Source: Myxococcales bacterium (GTDB lineage Bacteria; Myxococcota_A; Polyangia; Polyangiales; DASUME01). Taken from it: a DNA stretch of 64,000 nucleotides. Below, in pieces: positions 56,622 through 64,000 of this stretch. The first letter of the stretch is position 1; each line of letters opens with the position of its first letter. Made by a program: the position numbers and the translations under genes. The stretch is taken from contig JASGJH010000001.1 of NCBI GenBank assembly GCA_047601445.1, forward strand, positions 6,976,001 through 7,040,000. Direction: 5' to 3'. The notes beneath the pieces were generated by a model that saw only the letters and a list, made by a program, of their open reading frames with translations, was not told where the DNA came from and made no database searches.

Positions 56622-58016
56622 TCAGGGCGCCAAGCAGACGTCGACGCACGAGAACTGGTCGCAACCTTCGATCACGGAGTCCGCTGCGCCGATGGCGTAG
56701 GTCGGATCGGTGAAGCGGTTGTTGATGTCGGTGATGCTCTCGGACTCCGCACCCGCGGCGACCTGCTGCTTGCAGGGACCGGTGGCGGCGGCGTAGGTCG
56801 AGCCGAAGCAGGTGGTAGGTTCGACGCCGATGCCGCAGAAGCAGTCGGACACGAAGATGTTGCCGCCGTTGTCCGGCGCTGCGCAACCCGAGGTGTGCAC
56901 GCAATCCAGGATCGCCTTGAAGATCTCGGCGCGTGGCTTGCCCGAATAGGAGTTGCCCGCGATGGCCGTACCGGAGCCCGTGAGCGCGAGGCCAGCGGCG
57001 TAGCTGTCCGGGCAGCTGGGTTCGCCGTTGTGTTGCTGCGTTTCGCAGGCGGTGCAAGCGGCGAGCGGATCGGGCGGATTGCCGGTGGTGGTTCCAGTGG
57101 TGCCCGTCGTGGTGCCGGTGGTTCCGGTCGTGTCCGTCGTGGTTCCAGTGGTGCCCGTCGTGGTGCCGGTGGTTCCGGTCGTGTCCGTCGTGGTTCCAGT
57201 GGTGCCCGTCGTGGTGCCGGTGGTTCCGGTGGTCGTTCCGGTGGTTCCAGTGGTCGTTCCGGTGGTTCCAGTGGTCGTTCCGGTGGTTCCGCCCGCCGTG
57301 GTCACCGTAATGGTGAAGGGATAGGGGTCGCTCGTCGTGTCGCCGTCCGACACCACCAAGGTCACCGTCGTGGTCCCGGTGGCCGTGCCCGTGAAGGTCG
57401 CGGTCGGGTAGCCCGTGGTCACATCGCCGCCTGCGCTGGAGGTCCAGGTGTAGGTCAGCGCGCCGGGCTGGTTGTCGGGATCGTTCGCGGTGGCGACTAG
57501 CTGTGTGGTGCCGCCGAGGACGACGCTCGGCTTCAACGTCACGATGGACGAGATGACCGGCGCCACGTTGGCGTCACCGTTGACCAGCAGGGAGCCGCCC
57601 GTCACCGCCGGACCGCGGAAGATCAGGTGTACCGAGACCGTGGTCTGGTTGCGTGCGGTGATGCTGAAGGTGGCCGTGCCGGCGCCCTTCGTGACCCCGT
57701 CGGTGGCCGTCGCCGTGAGGTTCAAGGTGTAGTTCTGGCCCGCCGGGATGGGGCTGATCACGTGGGAGAACGTGTTGCCCGTGCCGGCCACGGAAAACGT
57801 CCCGGTGAGCGGCGCGGCGAGGCCACCGCCGGTGATGGTATAGGCGACGCTGTCGACGGTGACGTTGCCCGTGACGAGCCGGAGCTCGGCGCCGCCCACC
57901 TCGTGCTGAGCCTGCTCGGCGCTTGCATCTTCGCTGCTGCAGCCAACCAGCCCGACGCTGCCGTACGCTGCGGCGAGCGAGAAGATGATTGCACTGCGGA
58001 TCGATCTATTCTTCAC
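56622..58016 (-). CDS. Surface lipoprotein: Ig/PKD-like domains, Thr-Gly linker, 12-Cys C-terminal domain
   Basis: AGGAGGA RBS before the GTG at 58016. LVGC lipobox. N.AP.I...A.A.DPD...LTYTW...VTL.VSDG Ig-like motif. Confidence 0.88.
   Translation of the reverse strand: MKNRSIRSAIIFSLAAAYGSVGLVGCSSEDASAEQAQHEVGGAELRLVTGNVTVDSVAYTITGGGLAAPLTGTFSVAGTGNTFSHVISPIPAGQNYTLNLTATATDGVTKGAGTATFSITARNQTTVSVHLIFRGPAVTGGSLLVNGDANVAPVISSIVTLKPSVVLGGTTQLVATANDPDNQPGALTYTWTSSAGGDVTTGYPTATFTGTATGTTTVTLVVSDGDTTSDPYPFTITVTTAGGTTGTTTGTTGTTTGTTGTTTGTTGTTTGTTGTTTDTTGTTGTTTGTTGTTTDTTGTTGTTTGTTGTTTGNPPDPLAACTACETQQHNGEPSCPDSYAAGLALTGSGTAIAGNSYSGKPRAEIFKAILDCVHTSGCAAPDNGGNIFVSDCFCGIGVEPTTCFGSTYAAATGPCKQQVAAGAESESITDINNRFTDPTYAIGAADSVIEGCDQFSCVDVCLAP
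57082..57290. repeat. Nested 51-bp and 21-bp tandem repeats encoding the GTT/GTTT linker
   Basis: The 51-bp unit GTGGTTCCAGTGGTGCCCGTC...GTGTCCGTC occurs almost three times, followed by three copies of GTGGTCGTTCCGGTGGTTCC(A). Confidence 0.92.
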
Positions 58017-58141
58017 AAGTATCCTCCTTGCGAGCGTGCGCATCCGCTTGCCAGCGCACTCCAACCCGTTGCGCTGGGCGCATACGGACTCGAGTGCGTT
58101 GGTGTTGGCCGTCGCTCTTCGTCTTGCTGCGCCGAGCGCTA

Positions 58142-58157
58142 CGCAACCTGTGTGCCA
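58142..58157 (-). promoter_or_regulatory. Sigma-54 (-24/-12) promoter of the surface-protein operon
   Basis: Minus strand reads TGGCACACAGGTTGCG, an exact TGGCAC-N5-TTGC consensus. Confidence 0.85.
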
Positions 58158-58221
58158 TGGGAAGAGATGTGAGAATTGCCGTGAAAATGGCCTCGCTGTC
58201 GCCGAGGTCGGCGTCGCAGTC

Positions 58222-58268
58222 TGCTCATGAATGAGCAAGCTCTGCTGCTGACTGCTGATTGGTGAGCA
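58222..58268. promoter_or_regulatory. Tandem palindromic upstream activator sites
   Basis: TGCTCAT-GA-ATGAGCA (58222-58237) and TGCTGAT-TG-GTGAGCA (58253-58268), 31 bp apart. Confidence 0.7.
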
Positions 58269-58438
58269 ATGCGATGTCCGATTGCAGACGCACTGACAAT
58301 CGCTCGCGTCGTCGAGCGATCTGCAGTCCCGGATCACGCGCGTACGTGCTGACGTCACGCCGTTAACGGCCCGAGCGCCGCGCTCGCTGCTGGAGCGTGC
58401 GTGGACTCGAACCTCGATGGTGTGCGCCGAAGGCCGCT

Positions 58439-59570
58439 CTACTTGCCGTCTTCCTCTGCACTCGAACGACGAGTGGTGCCGGCAATTTCGCCCTGTTCGA
58501 TCAAGCGCGCGCGAACCACGTTGCGACTCAAGCCCAACAAGCGCGATGTCTGGAGCTGATTCCTTCCGCAGTACTCGTGGGCCACGCTCACCAAGCGACG
58601 CTCGATGTAGTGATGGAGGTGTTCGATGTTCTTCTCGAACAGACGGTGCAGGGCCTCTTCGAGCAGCGCGTCGGCGTCGTTGCGCTCGATGAGATTCCGA
58701 CCCCTGCGCAGCTTCCAGCGGCTTCACGCTGCGAGGCGGCGCGGCTCTCCTGAGGTTCAGTTGTGGCTCGTCGATGCTGTCTCCATCACGCACGAGGACC
58801 GCGTGATGGATGACGTTCTCGAGCTCGCGGATGTTGCCTGGCCAGCTGTGCTCCAGGAGCGCGCAGCAGGCCGCGGGAGCGAGCGTGAGTGGACCTGCAC
58901 CCACGGCTTCTCCATAGAGATTCAGAAAGTGTTCGGCCAGCGGGAGAATGTCCCGGGGACGCTCACGCAGGGGCGGAACCACGACGCTGGCGACGCTGAG
59001 TCGATAAAAGAGGTCCGAACGGAAGCGCCCCGCCGCCACGGCCTCTTCCAGGTTGACGTTGGTCGCCGTGATCAACCGGAAGTCCACCGCCACGGTGGTG
59101 CTCGATCCGAGCCGCACGATTTCGCGTTCCTGCAGCGCGCGCAGCAGCTTTACCTGCGCGGCCATGGAGAGGTCGCCCACTTCGTCGAGAAAGAGCGTCC
59201 CGCCGCGGGCGGCCTCGAACCAGCCCGTCTTGGCGCTCGTCGCGCCGGTGAAGGCCCCACGCTCGTGACCAAACAGCTCACTCTCCACCAGGGACTCGGT
59301 CAGCGCACCGCAGTTCACCGCTACGAAGGGGCCGCCGCTGCGGTTGCTCAGGCGATGGACGAGCCGCGCCGCCAGCTCCTTCCCGGTACCGGTCTCTCCA
59401 CACAGCATCACGCTGGCGTTGCTCGGCGCCACCAGCTCCAGGCGCCGCAGCAGCGCAGCCGATCGTTCGTCGGCAAACAGCAGGGCTCGCGCGCGTGCGT
59501 TTTCACCCGTGGCAGGAGCCGGGACGGTGCGGGTCTGAGGGTCCGCATCGTCGCGGAATTTGACGGGCAT
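58439..59570 (-). pseudogene. Sigma-54-dependent enhancer-binding protein, SfnR-like, with an apparent +1 frameshift at about 58701-58704 (possibly an assembly error)
   Basis: [31 protein letters not shown] and [10 protein letters not shown]. No N-terminal sensor domain. The [24 protein letters not shown]...K* lies in the shifted frame, with its stop at 58439-58441. Confidence 0.9.
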
Positions 59571-59612
59571 GAGAGTTCGCATTCCAGACGGGGCCGGCAC
59601 GGACGCGCGCTA

Positions 59613-59628
59613 TGCAAGAGCGGAACCA
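59613..59628 (-). promoter_or_regulatory. Putative sigma-54 promoter of the activator gene
   Basis: Minus strand reads TGGTTCCGCTCTTGCA (GG-N10-GC, TTGCA), about 45 bp upstream of the ATG. Confidence 0.6.
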
Positions 59629-59780
59629 TCGTCTGCTGTCAGGTGCTCGACCGTAGGAAAGGAGCAGAAACTTCGATCGAAAGGATCCGGTTGGAGAAGA
59701 CATGGGCCGTGCCGGGGCAAGGGCAGACCTCTTCGCTTGTGGACAGTCAAGGGAAGCCCGTGACGGGCCAGGGGGGGGCC

Positions 59781-60800
59781 CTAGCGCAGCTCACCTGGCC
59801 GCCCGTGCTCGACCACGGGGGAAGACGGCTGAATCAGGTTTTCGTTGCGCGTTCTAAATTCGCGTCTCTTGCCGAACTGCTGAATGAACTTGGCGCACTC
59901 ACGGACATCGTCTGCAGTCACGTGCGCTGCCCAGCCGACCAGCATGATCCACTCGAACAGGTAGATGTTCATGGCGTACTCGATGCCCAGGTGAAGCATC
60001 AAGATGGCGAGCAGGGCCAGGCGTCGTGTCTCCCGAAACCACACGAGCAACGGAGCCAGGATCTCGAGCAGCAATGAACCCCAGGTGGTCAGCCGGGAGA
60101 ACAGCAAGGACTCACGCAGGAAGTCCGGGATGGGCCCGTGCATCGCGAAGTCGTCGAGGTGGAGGATGAAGTACATCGCGGTCCCCTCGCGCCACATCGT
60201 TCCGCTCAGCTTCTCCACGCCAGCCGACCACAGCAGGGCAGCCATTTGAACCTGCACCAGACGCAAGCACCAGCCATCCACTTCCGTGGCCACTGCAAGG
60301 CCGCGCCTGCGCCGCACGAACGCGTCCAGGGACCAGACCTCCGACGAGCGCATGAAGATGGTCAAGAACAACAGAATACGGAAGATCTTGTCGCCTCCGT
60401 CGAGGATCATCGCGTTGCGAAAGTCGAAGCTCACTGCCCACACGAACACGCAGATCGCTTGCAGTCGAGTCGCCGCGCCCAGCGCCAGTAAGACTCCCTG
60501 TCCGAGCGCGATGGCCCAACACGTCCAAACCACGTTCGGCGTGCTCGGCAGCCAGTCCAGCAGACTCAAGGTCCCTGCGGGGGCAAACAGCTTGCGCTGG
60601 GTTAGCGGGAGCACTCCGCCGTCGGTCCACCACATGTCCACGTGGGGGATGGCGAGCAGAAGGTCGAGCACGAAGAGGCTAGCGAGAGCGATGCGATGAA
60701 AGGCGAGCCGGCGTGCGTCCACCGAGGCGTGTAGCCAGCGGTCGAGGGCCCTTCCGAGCTCCATCAGGGCCGGGAGATCGTCCTGTGCACGAGCGGTCAC
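59781..60800 (-). CDS. HTTM domain membrane protein
   Basis: LAFHRI, DGGVLP, RN..I.DGGD, WSLDA, RLVQVQ, AG.EKL.G..W..GTA, and H.GI...MNI..F...M. Confidence 0.9.
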   Translation of the reverse strand: MTARAQDDLPALMELGRALDRWLHASVDARRLAFHRIALASLFVLDLLLAIPHVDMWWTDGGVLPLTQRKLFAPAGTLSLLDWLPSTPNVVWTCWAIALGQGVLLALGAATRLQAICVFVWAVSFDFRNAMILDGGDKIFRILLFLTIFMRSSEVWSLDAFVRRRRGLAVATEVDGWCLRLVQVQMAALLWSAGVEKLSGTMWREGTAMYFILHLDDFAMHGPIPDFLRESLLFSRLTTWGSLLLEILAPLLVWFRETRRLALLAILMLHLGIEYAMNIYLFEWIMLVGWAAHVTADDVRECAKFIQQFGKRREFRTRNENLIQPSSPVVEHGRPGELR

Positions 60801-61399
60801 GGCAGGACCTCCACGTGAAAGAGATACTGATGAGGAAATACGGTTTGCCCGGGGATCGCGCGCCCGAAGTAGTTCGGTGCGCCCGGATTCGGGACGTCCC
60901 ACCAGTGACGGACCAGCTCCACCCGGGCCGGCACCAAACCCCGCTCGGGTCGTGCTAGCCGGGAGGCTGCGAAGCGAGCCAGCGCTGGCCACAACACACG
61001 CGAATCGTCGCGACGCAGCGCGTCCCACCACTTGGCGTGACGCCCCTGGAGGATTTCATCGCCCGCGCTTTGCTGCTCCCAGTCCGGACTCTTCCAGCTT
61101 CCGCTCTCGCCGTTGCGGAAGGTGACCTTGGCTTCGATCCAGGCGTTGGTGCGCTTGGGGTCGGGAGCAAAAAGCTTCCAGTCACCTTGCCAGAGTCCCA
61201 GTGGGTAGAGGACTTGGCCGCATAGCTGGCGCAAGCTCGTGCGCGCGGGGGAGTCACCGGGCAGAGCATCCTGCAGCAGCGCGCCCATGAGCAGCACGGC
61301 AAAGCCGTTGATTAGCCAACGCTCAAAGCGTGCCTTGGCGCCGCGCGCGAGCGAGAGATTCGCGAGTTCTGGGGTCGACACGCGCCCAGCGCTGAGCAA
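60797..61399 (-). CDS. HTTM-partner membrane-anchored protein (SdpA/DUF5819-like)
   Basis: N-terminal TM, LGLWQG.W.LFAPDP and R..KW. Its stop overlaps the HTTM start (GTGA). Confidence 0.75.
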   Translation of the reverse strand: MLSAGRVSTPELANLSLARGAKARFERWLINGFAVLLMGALLQDALPGDSPARTSLRQLCGQVLYPLGLWQGDWKLFAPDPKRTNAWIEAKVTFRNGESGSWKSPDWEQQSAGDEILQGRHAKWWDALRRDDSRVLWPALARFAASRLARPERGLVPARVELVRHWWDVPNPGAPNYFGRAIPGQTVFPHQYLFHVEVLP

Positions 61400-61467
61400 G
61401 CAACATGCCAGGAGTGGCTAAGAACACGGCCGAGGGGGGCTCCGCCGAGCCCGGCACGCCGCGGAAG

Positions 61468-61803
61468 TCAGGACCCATTCGAACAGGCGCCGCGGTCGGC
61501 CCCCAGGGGCGGGGAGCAGTAGCAATGATCGTCCACGACGCACTGGCAGCCCGCCTTGACGTCCTCCGTGCAATAGCCCTCGAGCCAGTCGACGCAGGCT
61601 GCAAGCGTGGTGAAGTGCGTGGGGGTGTCACGGGCCGCGAGCTCCTCGTCCGTGGGACACTCGCCGTCGGGGTTCCAATACTCCCCGTCGACGCAAGCCC
61701 AGACGGGCAACATGCGCTGATAGCGCTCGCAGGCGCTCGGAGGGTCGTCTCCGCCGCATCCGAGCAGGGTGGCGAGCAGTGTCCAACCAAGGGCGCGCTT
61801 CAT
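61468..61803 (-). CDS. Small Cys-rich lipoprotein
   Basis: MKR...LLGC lipobox followed by 10 more Cys in about 95 aa. GGAGG RBS. Confidence 0.75.
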   Translation of the reverse strand: MKRALGWTLLATLLGCGGDDPPSACERYQRMLPVWACVDGEYWNPDGECPTDEELAARDTPTHFTTLAACVDWLEGYCTEDVKAGCQCVVDDHCYCSPPLGADRGACSNGS

Positions 61804-61967
61804 GTAATCGTGTGCCTCCCGGCCTTTGAAGCCGTGGGCCGAGTGTAAGGCACGTCTCTGGCCGTGGTGCGGTGGTCACCCTGGATGCGCATCGAGCGCG
61901 GGTCATCGGTTGGCCCGCGACCTGGCCACGGCCTAGCTGCGGAGCGGCTCGCGCTTATCTCTCTCTG

Positions 61968-63065
61968 GTGGCCAACGCGGGCGACCGGCTGGAACAGTTG
62001 ATTCGCGAGGTGTGCGACCGCTCCTCGGTGATCTCGTTCGCTGGTGGGTTTCCGGCCACCGAGACGATTCCGCAGGAGGCCCTGTCCCAGGCTGCGCTCT
62101 CGGCCGTGCGCACGCTGCCGCGGGTGGAGGCGTCGCTCCAGTACTGTTGGCCCGAGGGCAAGCCGGCGCTTCGCAAGTGGGTCGCGGCGCGCCTCGCGCA
62201 GCGCGGAGTGCGTGTCGAACCAGACGAGGTGATCATCACGGCGGGTGCGCAGCAGGCGCTCTCGCTGAGCTATCGCGCCTTGGGTGAGCCCGGCACGCGG
62301 GTGCTGGTGGATCCCATCAGCTATCCAGGAGCGCTCGACGTGATGCGCTCGGCTGGCGCGCAGTTCACAGAGGACCCAGCTCGCGCGCAGGTGGCCTATT
62401 TGATGGCGGGTGTGGCGAACCCGGTCGGCCACGACAGTCTGCCCGTGCATTGGCGGGTGCTGCGCGAGCGCGACTGTCCTCTGATCGTCGATGAGGCTTA
62501 CGCCGAGCTGCGCTTCGATGGTGCGCTTCCGCCCGCCCTGCTGGGCGAGGCGCGTGAGCGCGTGTTCCACGTGGGCACGGTGTCCAAGAGCATTTGCCCG
62601 GGCTTGCGTATCGGCTGGTTGGTTCCGCCGCCCTCCCGCCTGCGAGGTTTCCTCGACGACAAGACCCACGACGACCTGCAGGCCGGTACCTTCGCGCAGA
62701 CGCTCTTGAGCGGACTCCTGTGCCGCATCGACTACGACGCACACCTGCGCGGTGTGCGCGCGCTCTATCGAGAGCGGGCCGCATGTCTGGCGCGCGCACT
62801 CCAGCGAAGCCTGCCCCAGCTCGCCTTTCGCGCGCCGGAGGGAGGCTTCTCGCTCTATGCCGACACGGGGTGTCGGATGGAGGAGGTCGCCTTCTTCGAG
62901 GCCTGCGTGGCGGAGGAGGTCATCTACGACCCGGGATCCCGCTTCGTGGCGGAGCCGCGCGACACCGATACGCTGAAGCTGCGCCTGTGCTTCTCGTCGC
63001 TCTCGCCGGAGCGCATCGAGCGGGGCGTCGAACGCCTGGCGCGAGCCTGGGCGCGGGTCAGCTAG
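61968..63065 (+). CDS. PLP-dependent aminotransferase (class I, MocR-like catalytic domain without HTH)
   Basis: ISFAGGFP, ITAGAQQAL, NPVG, DEAYAEL, GTVSKSICPGLRIGW and LRLCFS. Confidence 0.92.
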   Translation: MANAGDRLEQLIREVCDRSSVISFAGGFPATETIPQEALSQAALSAVRTLPRVEASLQYCWPEGKPALRKWVAARLAQRGVRVEPDEVIITAGAQQALSLSYRALGEPGTRVLVDPISYPGALDVMRSAGAQFTEDPARAQVAYLMAGVANPVGHDSLPVHWRVLRERDCPLIVDEAYAELRFDGALPPALLGEARERVFHVGTVSKSICPGLRIGWLVPPPSRLRGFLDDKTHDDLQAGTFAQTLLSGLLCRIDYDAHLRGVRALYRERAACLARALQRSLPQLAFRAPEGGFSLYADTGCRMEEVAFFEACVAEEVIYDPGSRFVAEPRDTDTLKLRLCFSSLSPERIERGVERLARAWARVS

Positions 63066-63135
63066 TCCGCGCGAATCAGCAAAAATGCAGACCAAAGTGC
63101 TTGACCCGAACCGAGCCCCCCTGCATGGCAGGGTG

Positions 63136-64000
63136 ATGCGAGCAGGGTACGGTTGGAAATACGCGAGTTGGGTCATGGCCCTTACGTTGACGGCCTGTGG
63201 CTCGACCGAGCACGGGCCTCACGGGGAGAACGGCCCCGGGGACGCGGGCGAACAGCAGGATGCGGCGGCAGGCGGCCACGACGCGAACACGGGCGATGCT
63301 GGAGCGGACGCGGCCGCGGGAGATGCTGGGGATGAAGAGCTAGTGCCGGTGCCCCAGGCCTTGATCGACGCCATCGCGGCAGCCGCCAACGGTGGCGACG
63401 TGGACCTCGACGCGGACGGCGTCACGGACCTGTCGGTGACGGTCGAGGCCGATCGGCGCGTGGTGAAGGTGATGGTGGGCGACAAGGTGCTCTTGCTCGT
63501 GACCCGCTACTTCAATGGCACGACCGAAAAGTCCGGCGACTTCAACCTGGACGGCGCCGAGGACTACACCGAGCTCGAGCTCACCACGGCGGAGCTCTTC
63601 AGCCGACAGACCACCCAGGATCGCAACTACGACGGCACCGTCGACTTCCACGAGACCTACGAGATCAACATCGCGAACCGCACGACGCATACGCTGCGCG
63701 AGGTGCTCAAGGGCCAGGCCTTCGAGGTCGAGGTGGAGGGCACCAACGACACCGGCAGCATCAACGCCGGCAACGGTTGCAGCGGGGACTACCCGCTCGA
63801 GGATTCCGCGCACCTCACCGAGGTGGAGGTCGTGGGTGAGCTTCGCATCGTGCAGTGCAAGTACGAGAACTCCGCGGGCTGCGTCGTCAACACGCCGAAG
63901 GGAGCCTGCACGAAGGCCCAGGTGAACCGCATCCTCAGCGAGCTCACGACCATGTTCCACGACGAGATCGACGAGCTGAAGCCGGTGCAAGAGGTGGGCA
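63136..64000 (+). CDS. Lipoprotein with DxDxDG-type loops (truncated by window edge)
   Basis: Manual translation gives MRAGYGWKYASWVMALTLTAC..., then DLDADGVTD, DFNLDGAED and DRNYDGTVD. The frame is open to the window end. Confidence 0.8.
   Translation, partial: MRAGYGWKYASWVMALTLTACGSTEHGPHGENGPGDAGEQQDAAAGGHDANTGDAGADAAAGDAGDEELVPVPQALIDAIAAAANGGDVDLDADGVTDLSVTVEADRRVVKVMVGDKVLLLVTRYFNGTTEKSGDFNLDGAEDYTELELTTAELFSRQTTQDRNYDGTVDFHETYEINIANRTTHTLREVLKGQAFEVEVEGTNDTGSINAGNGCSGDYPLEDSAHLTEVEVVGELRIVQCKYENSAGCVVNTPKGACTKAQVNRILSELTTMFHDEIDELKPVQEVG

Noticed and set aside
57082..57290. CRISPR-like repeat array
   Set aside because: The repeats are contiguous, in frame and coding, with no unique spacers and no cas genes.
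56622..59600. 992-aa fusion of a sigma-54 activator to a surface protein
   Set aside because: Artefact of the frameshift at about 58701. The HTH and stop (58439) are in another frame, and the downstream gene has its own promoter, RBS and lipoprotein signal.

Overview
High-GC bacterial DNA, almost certainly from a myxobacterium (phylum Myxococcota). The evidence is a MYXO-CTERM-type tail, DUF4215/myxococcal Cys-rich repeats, an AgmX/PglI-type TonB C-terminal domain, a eukaryotic-like Ser/Thr kinase and many Cys-rich lipoproteins. About 49 genes can be supported. I saw no rRNA, tRNA, CRISPR array or transposase. The most interesting region is 47987-59630 (minus strand). There an SfnR-like sigma-54 activator sits upstream of a perfect -24/-12 promoter with two phased palindromes. 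That promoter appears to drive a tight six-gene operon: two paralogous Cys-domain lipoproteins, a TPR-like membrane protein, a PstS-like binding-fold protein, a four-CxxCH cytochrome c lipoprotein and a DUF1566 protein. The two genes with the best RBSs encode proteins with no internal methionine, which suggests a sulfur-starvation, sulfur-spared surface system. Other highlights are a 3043-aa Cys-repeat lipoprotein, a homolog of plant sterol cycloisomerase CPI1, an ECF/anti-sigma/secreted caspase cassette, a kinase with an N-terminal pseudokinase remnant and an HTTM (SdpAB-like) pair. Three genes carry single extra bases in short homopolymers, probably assembly errors. All family calls come from motif recognition by eye, not database searches.
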